A stretch of DNA of 32,000 nucleotides from Dickeya dadantii NCPPB 898 (GCF_000406145.1 NZ_AOOE01000043.1:30001-62000); one strand, 5' to 3'. Shown: positions 8,297 through 17,137, counted from the first letter of the stretch. Translations and numbers: made by a program. The notes: generated by a model not told the origin, from the sequence alone.

Positions 8297-9061
8297 TCAC
8301 AGACTGAAGAACGGCTCCACGATCTGCTGCACGTCGGGGATGGCGGTCGCCACATGCATACCGCCCACCTCATAACTTCCGCGATATTTCACCACCAGCC
8401 CGGCTTCCGTACAGATCACCACCCCGGCGGCGATATCCCAGATGCTGGTGTTTTTCTCCACGTAACCGTCAGTAAACCCCAACGCGGCAAACCCCAGTCC
8501 GACAGTAGCGCAGCGATAGCGCGCCACCGCCCAGCCTTCATCACGCAGGTAGCCGTCCAGCATCGCCACTTCCGCCGCCGCCCACTTATTACTTTCCCCC
8601 AGCGCCACCAGCCGAACCTCGCTGAACGGCACCTGACGGCGATACGGCATCCCGTTACGCCATACGCCGCAGCCTATCGCCGCCGACAGCGTCAGGTTCA
8701 ACATCGGCAACGCAACGGTGCCGACCATCGCCAGCCCGTTTTCGACATACCCGATCGAAATGCCCCACAGCGGCAAACCGCGCAAAAAGTTGGTGGTGCC
8801 GTCTATCGGGTCGATGGCCCAGAAACTATCGCCGGCTTCGCCGCCCATTTCTTCGCCCAGAATAGCGTCCTGCGGAAACGCCTCCCGCAGACGGTCGCGG
8901 ATCAACTGCTCGACCTGCCGGTCCGCATCCGACACAAAATCATTGGCGGATTTCTGTTCCACCACCACGCTGTCACGCCGGGCAAACAACTGCCTTGCCA
9001 GCAACGCCGCTTCCTCCATGACCGTGTTGGCGGTCTCAAAGCGCAACTGCAAATCAGACAT
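8297..9061 (-). CDS. Inositol monophosphatase family phosphatase, 254 aa
   Basis: Family motifs are present: LGEEMG, WAIDPIDGTTNF and WDIAAG. A GGAGG Shine-Dalgarno lies 7 nt upstream of the ATG. It is the last gene of the minus-strand operon. Confidence 0.85.
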   Translation of the reverse strand: MSDLQLRFETANTVMEEAALLARQLFARRDSVVVEQKSANDFVSDADRQVEQLIRDRLREAFPQDAILGEEMGGEAGDSFWAIDPIDGTTNFLRGLPLWGISIGYVENGLAMVGTVALPMLNLTLSAAIGCGVWRNGMPYRRQVPFSEVRLVALGESNKWAAAEVAMLDGYLRDEGWAVARYRCATVGLGFAALGFTDGYVEKNTSIWDIAAGVVICTEAGLVVKYRGSYEVGGMHVATAIPDVQQIVEPFFSL

Positions 9062-9071
9062 TATATCCTCC

Positions 9072-9156
9072 GGTTATCAACCCACTTTGGCTCTCACCCC
9101 AGTTTGGTTCTCACCCCAGCTTGGTTCTCACCCCAGCTTGGTTATCAACCCAGCAA
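9072..9156. repeat. Five tandem copies of a 17-bp unit (GGTTCTCACCCCAGCTT) filling the GDPD/IMPase intergenic spacer
   Basis: The units are 9072-9088 ggttatcaacccacttt, 9089-9105 ggctctcaccccagttt, 9106-9122 and 9123-9139 ggttctcaccccagctt (identical), and 9140-9156 ggttatcaacccagcaa. The last unit contains the GDPD stop codon (9145-9147), and the first abuts the IMPase Shine-Dalgarno. Confidence 0.95.
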
Positions 9157-9903
9157 ATCGGGAATATCAGACAGGATCGTCTGGGCGCCATTATCGAGGA
9201 AGCGCCGGGCCTGAGCGGCATCATTGACGACTGCCACCGCGTATTCGATATCGCTGTCCGCCAGGATGTGCTGGGCCTCGTCATCCAGCAGCTCCGACAG
9301 GCAGTGCAAAATCTGGCAATGGGTTTCCTGCAACAACGCCACCGGGCGCCTGGGCGGCACCACCACGGCAAACGCCCGCGGTACATCCGGCATCAGCCGC
9401 GCCGCCGCCTGAATGGAACGAACGGAAAAACTCGACAGAAACAGCCGCTCGCGGTTGGCGGGCCACATTGATTTCAGTACGCCCAGCGCCACCTCCGCCG
9501 TTTCCACGTCGTCGCCTGCGGTCGGTTTCAGTTCCAGCTGCAATCCCATATCCAGCTCCAGCACGCATGCAATCAGCTCCTGCAGCGTCGGGATGGTTAC
9601 CCCGGCGAACGCGTCGCCGAATTGCGCGCGCGCCTCCAGCTGGCGAATGTCCGCCAGCGTCAGGCCGGCGACCAGACCGCGCCCATTGGTGGTGCGATCC
9701 ACCCGATCATCATGGATGATCACCGGCTGGCGATCCCGCGTCAGTTTGACATCCACCTCCAGCCACTTTGCCCCCAGTTGCGCCGCCTTACGCATGGCAA
9801 CCAGCGTATTCTCCGGCGCCAGCGCCGAGGCGCCGCGGTGGGCGATTAATGCATCATTCACCACGCGGTGGTGACGAAGGTGATCGGTTATCACATCAGA
9901 CAT
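9145..9903 (-). CDS. Glycerophosphodiester phosphodiesterase (GDPD/UgpQ-like), 252 aa
   Basis: Catalytic motifs are present: IAHRGASALAPENT and EVDVKLTRDRQPVIIHDD..DRTTNG. An AGGGAA Shine-Dalgarno lies upstream of the ATG at 9903. Confidence 0.85.
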   Translation of the reverse strand: MSDVITDHLRHHRVVNDALIAHRGASALAPENTLVAMRKAAQLGAKWLEVDVKLTRDRQPVIIHDDRVDRTTNGRGLVAGLTLADIRQLEARAQFGDAFAGVTIPTLQELIACVLELDMGLQLELKPTAGDDVETAEVALGVLKSMWPANRERLFLSSFSVRSIQAAARLMPDVPRAFAVVVPPRRPVALLQETHCQILHCLSELLDDEAQHILADSDIEYAVAVVNDAAQARRFLDNGAQTILSDIPDLLG

Positions 9904-10062
9904 AATGGTTTCCCTGGTGTTTCAATACATCGGTGTTGAGTAAGAAAATATGTTGAATTAAAAATGCGTTTGGCCTTGCCCGCGTCGGATACAACAAACG
10001 GTTTTTAAACGTCTGTTGTTCAAACGTCATCACGTCAAGCGTCATAACAAGGCCGCGCGATG

Positions 10063-11196
10063 TCATTTCAGCATCACGTTTTGAATAAACTGCTTTTTGA
10101 TTTCGTCGCCCAATGGCTTGGCCGCCCAGGCGAAACTGCGCGACCGATCCAGCGAATCCGTCGCCTGAGCGCCGTCGTCCGCCGGCGTCAGCAGCGCCGT
10201 ACCGAACTGCGAGTGAAAGCGCCGTTGCGTGTCCGGCTGCGTCAGCCAGTGGATGAACAGTAATGCCGCCGCCTTATGTTTGGCGTTGGCCGGGATCCCC
10301 ACCACATTGCCGCCGCCCGGCATGCCAAAATCAGGAAGGTAGAATTTGATATCCGGCGACACTTCGCCTTTGTGTTGCAGCGACAGCACCAAATCCTCCC
10401 ATGAAGCGGCGAGCTTAAATTCGCCGGCATTCAGTCGGGTGATGCTGTCGGCATTGGACGCGCTGATCACCATGCTGCCTTTGTAACGGTTGAACCAGCT
10501 CCAGGAGGGCGCAAGCCGCTGCAACACCGCCGGCGCGGCATTGCCGTCACGGTAGTTGACGTCGGTGACCAACGCCCGGGTAACGGATTCGATAAACGCC
10601 GGACCGGAGCCGCCATTCTCTACGTTAAAGGTGAATTCACCGGGGTTTTTCACCAAAAACTGTTCGAACTGCGGCAGCGAATGCGGCAGATCGGCCGTGT
10701 CGATGCGCGCAGAATTGTAGGCGATCACGGTCTGATTGCCCCAGAACGCCACCGCGTAGCCCTGGGTATCAACCCCTTCGATCTGGTAGCTTAGTTTGTC
10801 GCCGGCCGGCAATCGGGCTTTGAGCGGCCCCCAGAACAGTTTGGGTCCGTTAAGTAACCCGAACTGGCTGCCGCCCACCGAGATCACGTCGATATCGCCC
10901 TGCTCACGATGCTGCTCCGCCAGCAGTTTGTTGATGCTGGCCATCGCCTCGCCATCGGGAATGGTGACCCGAATGCCATACTGTTTCTCGAACGCCTTCA
11001 CCTCTTCGCGCAATCGGTCCTGATAGTACCAGTTGAACCAGACAAGCTGACCTTCCTGACGCGCCTGCGCTTCCACCGCCTGCCAGGACAGGCTAGACAA
11101 ATCCGGCGTCTGGGCCTGCACCCGCAGTAACGGCAGCAACAGTACCAGCAACGCCGCCAGTCGCCCTATTTTTGACAGACTGAGTCGAATGAACAT
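10063..11196 (-). CDS. ABC transporter periplasmic substrate-binding protein (PotD/family-1-like)
   Basis: The signal peptide MFIRLSLSKIGRLAALLVLLLPLLRVQAQ follows the Met at 11196, which has a GGGGA Shine-Dalgarno about 8 nt upstream. The ORF track extends to 11229, a possible alternative start. The gene sits directly downstream of two permease genes. Confidence 0.75.
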   Translation of the reverse strand: MFIRLSLSKIGRLAALLVLLLPLLRVQAQTPDLSSLSWQAVEAQARQEGQLVWFNWYYQDRLREEVKAFEKQYGIRVTIPDGEAMASINKLLAEQHREQGDIDVISVGGSQFGLLNGPKLFWGPLKARLPAGDKLSYQIEGVDTQGYAVAFWGNQTVIAYNSARIDTADLPHSLPQFEQFLVKNPGEFTFNVENGGSGPAFIESVTRALVTDVNYRDGNAAPAVLQRLAPSWSWFNRYKGSMVISASNADSITRLNAGEFKLAASWEDLVLSLQHKGEVSPDIKFYLPDFGMPGGGNVVGIPANAKHKAAALLFIHWLTQPDTQRRFHSQFGTALLTPADDGAQATDSLDRSRSFAWAAKPLGDEIKKQFIQNVMLK

Positions 11197-11231
11197 GCAA
11201 GATTCCCCTGAATGATTAAGCGGCATCATCG

Positions 11232-12065
11232 TTATCCCTTATTGACGAACGCAGACGCCGGAACATGTCTGAGACAGCGCTCCATCAGCAGCATCAACAA
11301 CACGTTAGGCACCACCAGAATCAGCGACACCACCGCCGCATTAGGCCGAATGAAGTTATAACCCAGGTACGAATACAGAATGGTCGGCACGGTGATAAAG
11401 TCGGGCGCGCCCACAATGTAGGAAACGGAAAACTCTTCGATGGACAGAATGAACACCATGATTATCGCCGCCAGCGCCCCGGATTGAAGCGCCGGCCAGT
11501 AGGCCACCCGGAAGATTTCCCGCCGGGATGCGCCCAGGTTGCGCGCCGCATCCACCAGATCCTGCCGGACCTGACTGAAAGAGACGCTCAGAATGCGGAT
11601 GGCGTACGGCAGAAACAGCACCGTATGACCGAGGAAAATCCCCATGAACCGCGAGTACACCCCCAGGCGCATCAGCAATGAGGAGAAGAACACCGCCACC
11701 ACGAACCCCGGCAACACGATCGGCAGCAGCGTCAGCGCCTGTGCCAGCCCTTTGCCGGGAAACGACAGGCGGCCAAAGGCATAAGCGGTCGGCATCGCCA
11801 GCAGCAGGCAGGTCAGCGTCACCATCGGCGCCAGCAGATAGCTGTGCAACAACGCATCGGGCAGCGAGGTGTTGTTCCATAATTCACGCCAGCGCTGCAG
11901 CGACAACACCGGCGGGAAGACATCCGGGTACGCCCACGGGTGAGACGGATCCACCAATGACCACAGCACCGCCATGGCAAACGGCAGAATCAACCACACG
12001 GTCCCCAACAGCAGGATCACCACCACCAGCAGGCGGTTGAGTCGGTCAATCACGGTCTGCTGCAT
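11232..12065 (-). CDS. ABC transporter permease, 277 aa
   Basis: A multi-pass hydrophobic protein with the EAA-type loop DAARNLGASRREIFRVAYWPAL. It lies 3 nt downstream of the preceding permease. Confidence 0.85.
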   Translation of the reverse strand: MQQTVIDRLNRLLVVVILLLGTVWLILPFAMAVLWSLVDPSHPWAYPDVFPPVLSLQRWRELWNNTSLPDALLHSYLLAPMVTLTCLLLAMPTAYAFGRLSFPGKGLAQALTLLPIVLPGFVVAVFFSSLLMRLGVYSRFMGIFLGHTVLFLPYAIRILSVSFSQVRQDLVDAARNLGASRREIFRVAYWPALQSGALAAIIMVFILSIEEFSVSYIVGAPDFITVPTILYSYLGYNFIRPNAAVVSLILVVPNVLLMLLMERCLRHVPASAFVNKG

Positions 12066-12068
12066 CGG

Positions 12069-12923
12069 TTATTTCCCTATTCTGTGCACGGCCGCGCGGG
12101 CCGCGACCGCCAACAACCCGGCCCCCGCCAGCGACAACAACATCAGCATCACCGCCACCACCGCCGCCTGATTCCAGCCTTCAGCGCCCGACTGCTGAAC
12201 CCGCAGCATCAGTTGCGACATGGAGTTGAGGTTGACCGGCCCCGCCACCGACTGAAAGGAAAAATCACCGGCGGCGCCGATAAAGATCAGCATCATCGCC
12301 GTTTGCAACGCCCGCAGCGTCAGCGGCAGCACGATGCGACGAAAACGAACCCAGGCGCCGGCGCCAAGATTGCGGGCGGCGTCCAGCACCGTGTCGCCGA
12401 TAGCCTGAACCGAACCACTCAGCAACAGCAACGCAAACGGCATCTGTTTCCAGACCTGCAACAGAATCACGCCGATGCCGTTGGCGTCGTTTTGCATACG
12501 AATCGGCCGCTCCGTCAGCCCCAGTCGTAGCATGGCGACGTTGAGAAACCCCTGATAAGAGATGAAATTGACGAACAGAAACGCCGCGGTCAGCCCCGGC
12601 ACCAGCAGCGGCGCTTTCAGCAACGCACGCAGGGTGACGGCCCCCGGAAACGGCTTGCGCAGCCAAATCGCCAGCGGGTAGGCCAGCGCCGCCGACAGCA
12701 GCGCGCTAACCAGCGCAATGCGCGCCGAGTAGAAAAAAGAGCGCCACAGCTGTTCGTCGGTCAGCATGGTTTGCCAGAAACGCAGCGATAACCCGCTGTC
12801 GCCGGCAAAATTAAAGAACCCCAGCGACTGGGAAAACGCCATCCCCAACACTGCGCCCATCGCCAGCACGATGATCCCCAGCCCCGGCAGCAGCATCAGG
12901 TAAGCCATCAGCGACGATCTCAT
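12069..12923 (-). CDS. ABC transporter permease, 284 aa
   Basis: A hydrophobic protein with the EAA loop DAARNLGAGAWVRFRRIVLPL. Its start overlaps the ATPase stop (ATGA at 12920-12923). Confidence 0.85.
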   Translation of the reverse strand: MRSSLMAYLMLLPGLGIIVLAMGAVLGMAFSQSLGFFNFAGDSGLSLRFWQTMLTDEQLWRSFFYSARIALVSALLSAALAYPLAIWLRKPFPGAVTLRALLKAPLLVPGLTAAFLFVNFISYQGFLNVAMLRLGLTERPIRMQNDANGIGVILLQVWKQMPFALLLLSGSVQAIGDTVLDAARNLGAGAWVRFRRIVLPLTLRALQTAMMLIFIGAAGDFSFQSVAGPVNLNSMSQLMLRVQQSGAEGWNQAAVVAVMLMLLSLAGAGLLAVAARAAVHRIGK

Positions 12924-14002
12924 GCCGCCACCGCTTCGCGCAAAAACTGCAACGCGCCGGGCGGCAGTGAAAAATAATAGGTTTCCCCTTCCAGCAGCGG
13001 CTGATAACCCAGCAGTTGAATCCGGTAATGAACGCTGTCGCTATCCTGATGACAACCTTCGATATCCGTCAGGTTGCCGAGAAAGGTCTGGCGTTTAACC
13101 CGCAGCGAGAAGATATTCTGCCCCAGCGCGGGCAACGACAGCAGGCAGGCGTTTTCCGGCCGCCAGCACAGATAGACCCGCTGCTGAGCCGGCGGCTCGT
13201 CCGACGCAACCACGAATTCACCCAGCGCGGTGTCGACCCGATACTGCCCGGCGTCCCCATCCCGCGCGGTAACCGTGCCCACCATGATGTTGGCGGTGCC
13301 GATAAAATCGGCCACAAAGCGGTTAACCGGCCGGTGATAAATCTCCTGCGGGGTTCCGGACTGAATTACGCTGCCGCCGTGCATCACGATCACCTTGTCG
13401 GACATCGCCAGCGCCTCCGCCTGGTCGTGGGTCACATAAACCGCGGTGAAACCGTGCTTACGCTGTAAGGTACGGATCTGCAACCGCAGTTGTTCACGCA
13501 GCCGAGCATCCAGATTGGACAGCGGTTCGTCGAACAGCATCACATCCGGGCGCACCGCCATTGAGCGCGCCAGCGCCACCCGCTGCTGCTGACCACCGGA
13601 TAGCTGGGTGGGTAATTTATCCAGATGCCCGGCCATCGCTACGGTCAGCGCGGTTTCCACCACCCGATGACTCAACGCCTCACGTGGTACTTTGCGCTGC
13701 TGTAACCCAAAGGCGATGTTTTCCGATACCGTCAGGTGGGGAAACAGCGCATAAGACTGAAAGCACATCGCCGTATTGCGTTTTTCCGGCTCCAGGCCGT
13801 TCATTTCCCGGCCGCCGATGCGAATGCGCCCGCCGTCCAGCGGGACAAAACCGGCAATGGCGCGCAGCAGCGTGGTTTTGCCGCACCCGGATGGCCCCAG
13901 CAGAGTGACGAACTCCCCCTCGTTAACGTCAAACGACACCCCTCTAAGGACAGGAACGTCACCGTAAGCCACACTGGCGCGTTCCACTTCCAGTCTACTC
14001 AT
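12920..14002 (-). CDS. ABC transporter ATP-binding protein (PotA/UgpC-like with C-terminal regulatory domain)
   Basis: Walker A GPSGCGKTT, signature LSGGQQQR and Walker B MLFDEPLS are present. I chose the ATG at 14002 (MSRLEVERAS, GGGAGA Shine-Dalgarno 8 nt upstream) over the TTG at 14026 used by the ORF track. Confidence 0.9.
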   Translation of the reverse strand: MSRLEVERASVAYGDVPVLRGVSFDVNEGEFVTLLGPSGCGKTTLLRAIAGFVPLDGGRIRIGGREMNGLEPEKRNTAMCFQSYALFPHLTVSENIAFGLQQRKVPREALSHRVVETALTVAMAGHLDKLPTQLSGGQQQRVALARSMAVRPDVMLFDEPLSNLDARLREQLRLQIRTLQRKHGFTAVYVTHDQAEALAMSDKVIVMHGGSVIQSGTPQEIYHRPVNRFVADFIGTANIMVGTVTARDGDAGQYRVDTALGEFVVASDEPPAQQRVYLCWRPENACLLSLPALGQNIFSLRVKRQTFLGNLTDIEGCHQDSDSVHYRIQLLGYQPLLEGETYYFSLPPGALQFLREAVAA

Positions 14003-14351
14003 TACATGGTCTCCCGTGAGTCGCAAGGCATCATGTTCAGCAAGGTGAAAACGTCATTAATTCAACTTATAATGCAGTATGCATAATAATAATGACAGAT
14101 ATGTTGCAAGAATGTAATGGGAAAATCATGAATCAATCTATTGATATAAAAATAAATATCTAAATTTTCACTGTGACTATCTTTATTTCCGGGTTGCATA
14201 TCATGCATGGCGCAATTATCATTCATAATGTTTAATAATTAACATGATATACACTAGCGACAATGCCCCGCAGGTGCTGGTTTAACTGCACGATTTGGCG
14301 ATATAAAAAGGAACTGCACACCATGAACACTCGCGCTGGAACCTGCGTCTG

Positions 14352-15476
14352 ATGCGGTCAATACTTCACCATAACGAAAGCATCACCGTGAACGAACGCA
14401 TGGTGCTGGACATTGTTCGCCGCCATCGAAACATCATGCGCTCGGCGGTTTCTCCGCTGACCAACCTCACCCAACCGTCGGTGCACCGCATCATCGACAG
14501 CCTGCTGGAGCGCGGGCTGCTACGGCTGGGCGAATGCATCGTGCACGGACGCGGCAAACCCAGTCCGGCGCTGGAACTGGCGCCCGCCGCGCGCTACAGC
14601 ATCGGCATTTCGGTAAATACGGATATGCTGGCGTTCTGCCTGTGCGATTTCAGTTGCCAGGTATTGCATGAAGAAACGCTGGATATCGCGCTGAATGACC
14701 GCACTCGGGCGATGTTTACGCTGAAAGACCGGGTGCGCAAGACGCTGCAACACTACGCTATTCCGGCGTCGACGGTCGTCGGCATCGGGTTTGCCATCGC
14801 CGGTTATCTGATGGAAGAAAAGCGGTTGTTCAATGCGCCGGAGCCGCTGCGCGACTGGTCACTGGTGGATCTCAAAAGCGAACTGGAAACGTTGTTCGAC
14901 CTGGACGTCTGGACGGAGAACAACGCCACTACCGGCGCAATTGGCGAATCGGTGCTGGGCGCGGGGCTGTACTATCCCACCTTCGGCTACCTGTCGTTCA
15001 ATTACGGCTTTGGCGCCGGCCTCATCCTCAATGGGCAGCCGTTTTCCGGTGCGTTCGGCAATGCCGGTGAGATCAGCCGCATTTATACCGAGCAGGAATT
15101 CACCTCCCGTCCGGCGCTGGGTGAACTGATCAAGCGGCTTAATGCGCGCGGTATCGATATCCAGCGGGTAAGCGCCCTGCGCCAGCAGTTCGACCCGCAA
15201 TGGCCGGGCGTAGACGACTGGGTGGCGGAGGTCAGGCCATACCTGAACCGGGCGATTGACGCGCTGCGGGCGGTGATTGACCCGGCCGCCATCGTGTTCG
15301 GCGGTGAATTGCCGACGGCGCTGGGCAAGATGCTGCTCGACGTGCCGCCGATCCAGCAGCCGCCACGTTACGGTCTCGCCGCCCAATATCCCCAACTGTT
15401 GCTAAGCCAGATCCAGCACGACCCGTCGGTGATTGGCGCGGCGTTGATGCCGCTTAAAGCACGTTATTTCGCCTGA
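14352..15476 (+). CDS. ROK-family transcriptional regulator (NagC/Mlc-like), 374 aa
   Basis: The N-terminal wHTH pattern is NERMVLDIVRRH...LTQPSVHRIIDSLLERGLL, followed by a sugar-kinase-like fold with GNAGEISRIY. The usual ROK CxCGxxGC zinc motif is not visible. The gene is divergent from the ABC operon across a 325-bp AT-rich region. Confidence 0.75.
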   Translation: MRSILHHNESITVNERMVLDIVRRHRNIMRSAVSPLTNLTQPSVHRIIDSLLERGLLRLGECIVHGRGKPSPALELAPAARYSIGISVNTDMLAFCLCDFSCQVLHEETLDIALNDRTRAMFTLKDRVRKTLQHYAIPASTVVGIGFAIAGYLMEEKRLFNAPEPLRDWSLVDLKSELETLFDLDVWTENNATTGAIGESVLGAGLYYPTFGYLSFNYGFGAGLILNGQPFSGAFGNAGEISRIYTEQEFTSRPALGELIKRLNARGIDIQRVSALRQQFDPQWPGVDDWVAEVRPYLNRAIDALRAVIDPAAIVFGGELPTALGKMLLDVPPIQQPPRYGLAAQYPQLLLSQIQHDPSVIGAALMPLKARYFA

Positions 15477-15532
15477 CGCCCGTTTGGCGTAAGCCAACTG
15501 CAAACCAGAGATTATGAGTGACGGCGTCACGT

Positions 15533-16426
15533 TTAAACCGGCGTCGACGCGGCCGTCAGCAGCGTCACCAGGGTGGCGACCTCGGCGTCGCAGGGCTGCT
15601 TTTCTTCCTCTACCACCAGATATAACGGGGTGAAACGCCGACCGCCCTGTGGCAGCGACAACGGCTTCAGCTCGCCGGAAGCCAGCCAGGGTGCGATACG
15701 CGCCTCCGGCATCCAGCCATAACCGACGCCATGCATGACCGCTTCTATCGCGGCTTCCACCGTGGTGAACGTCCAGTTTTCCGCGCTGGCCGGCTTACGC
15801 AAACTGTCTTTTTGCTGTTGTCGGTCGATGATTTCAATCAGCGGATATGCCGCGAGATCCTGAAACGCCAACGGCGCGGCTAACCGGTGCAACGGATGAT
15901 CGGCCCGTGCTACGGCCACAAACGCCATTTCCATCAGCAGCCTTCCCCGATTGATGCCGTCCCACGGCCGGGAAATCAGCCAGATATCCGCCTGACGATC
16001 CGCCAGTTGCGCCCGATTTTCACTACGCAGCACCTCCATCAGGTGCACCTGCGTATGCGGGTGGCGAGACTGAAAATCGCGCAGTGCGCCAAACAGCGTG
16101 GACTTGGGAAAAATGCTGTCCACCACCAGGTCGATTCTGGCTCGTCCGCCACGTCGCAGCACCTCCGCCCGCGACTCCAGCGCCTGAAAGGCATTGAGCA
16201 ACGGGATAACCTGCGCCAGCAATTGCTGCCCCTGCGCCGTCAGCACCGTTCTGCGCCCGGATGGCGCCAGCAGCGACACCCCCAGCCGCTCCTGCATCAA
16301 CGACAATTGATAGCTGACCGAAGATTGACTGCGGTTGAACGCTTGCGCCGCCGCGGCAAAGCCGCCCAGTTCCACCACCGCCTGCAGCAGCGTCCATTGT
16401 TCCAGTGTGGTTTTCGTCAACACCAT
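15533..16426 (-). CDS. LysR-family transcriptional regulator, 297 aa
   Basis: The N-terminal LTTR HTH is LEQWTLLQAVVELGGFAAAAQAFNRSQSSVSYQLSLMQERLGVSLL. The gene is divergent from the phenolic acid decarboxylase gene. Confidence 0.9.
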   Translation of the reverse strand: MVLTKTTLEQWTLLQAVVELGGFAAAAQAFNRSQSSVSYQLSLMQERLGVSLLAPSGRRTVLTAQGQQLLAQVIPLLNAFQALESRAEVLRRGGRARIDLVVDSIFPKSTLFGALRDFQSRHPHTQVHLMEVLRSENRAQLADRQADIWLISRPWDGINRGRLLMEMAFVAVARADHPLHRLAAPLAFQDLAAYPLIEIIDRQQQKDSLRKPASAENWTFTTVEAAIEAVMHGVGYGWMPEARIAPWLASGELKPLSLPQGGRRFTPLYLVVEEEKQPCDAEVATLVTLLTAASTPV

Positions 16427-16465
16427 GCTTCAGCCCGCCTTTGTATACCTAACGACTGTTTATGC

Positions 16466-16484
16466 ACCGAACCTATCGTTCGGT
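16466..16484. promoter_or_regulatory. Candidate LTTR operator: perfect 7-5-7 palindrome ACCGAAC-CTATC-GTTCGGT
   Basis: Read directly in the LysR/padC divergent intergenic region, 40 bp from the LysR start and 110 bp from the padC start. LTTR sites are typically dyads in this position. No binding data exist. Confidence 0.35.
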
Positions 16485-16593
16485 TCATCACCTCAATTCA
16501 TCTAATTATCGAATTAATTAGCGCTAAAAACAGCGTTATTAATCAACTTAATCCGCTTTTATACTCCAGATAAGTCAACAGAAGGAAAACAGT

Positions 16594-17100
16594 ATGAGTA
16601 GCTTCGACAAACAGGATCTCAGCGGTTTTGTGGGAAAACATCTGGTCTATACCTACGACAACGGCTGGAATTACGAGATATACGTGAAAAATGACCACAC
16701 GCTGGATTACCGTATCCACAGCGGCATCGTGGGCAATCGCTGGGTGAAAGACCAGCAAGTGTTTATCGCCCGCGTCGCCCGCGACGTCTGCAAGATCTCC
16801 TGGACGGAACCAACCGGCACCGACGTAAGCCTGATCATCAATCTGGGCGATCGGATTTTCCACGGCACCATTTTCTTCCCCCGCTGGGTGATCAACAACC
16901 CGGAAAAAACCGTCTGCTTCCAGAACGATCACATCCCGCTGATGGAGTCCTATCGTGCGGCAGGCCCGGCCTACCCGACTGAAGTGATTGACGAATTCGC
17001 CACCATTACCTTTGTGCGCGACTGCGGCGAAAACGATAACAGCGTCATCAATTGCCCGGCCAGCGACCTGCCGGATAATTTCCCGCAGAATCTGCGTTAA
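16594..17100 (+). CDS. padC: Phenolic acid (p-coumarate/ferulate) decarboxylase, 168 aa
   Basis: Near-colinear with remembered Bacillus/Lactobacillus PAD sequences (YTYDNGWNYEIYVKNDHTLDYRIHSG, SWTEPTGTDVSL, HGTIFFPRWV, VCFQNDHI). An AAGGAA Shine-Dalgarno lies upstream and a terminator follows. Confidence 0.92.
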   Translation: MSSFDKQDLSGFVGKHLVYTYDNGWNYEIYVKNDHTLDYRIHSGIVGNRWVKDQQVFIARVARDVCKISWTEPTGTDVSLIINLGDRIFHGTIFFPRWVINNPEKTVCFQNDHIPLMESYRAAGPAYPTEVIDEFATITFVRDCGENDNSVINCPASDLPDNFPQNLR

Positions 17101-17108
17101 GTCCCCCC

Positions 17109-17137
17109 ACGGCGGCCCGTCCGGTCCGCCGTTTTTT
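17109..17137 (+). terminator. Rho-independent terminator after padC
   Basis: Stem acggcgg / ccgccgt (17109-17115, 17126-17132) followed by a T-run at 17133-17137. Confidence 0.7.

Noticed and set aside
9072-9156. The 17-bp tandem array as a possible CRISPR array or ERIC element
   Set aside because: The units are contiguous with no spacers and are far too short for CRISPR repeats, and there are no cas genes. The minus-strand core CTGGGGTGAG does match part of the remembered ERIC2 primer region, but the rest of the ~127-bp ERIC consensus is absent, so I treat the match as coincidental.
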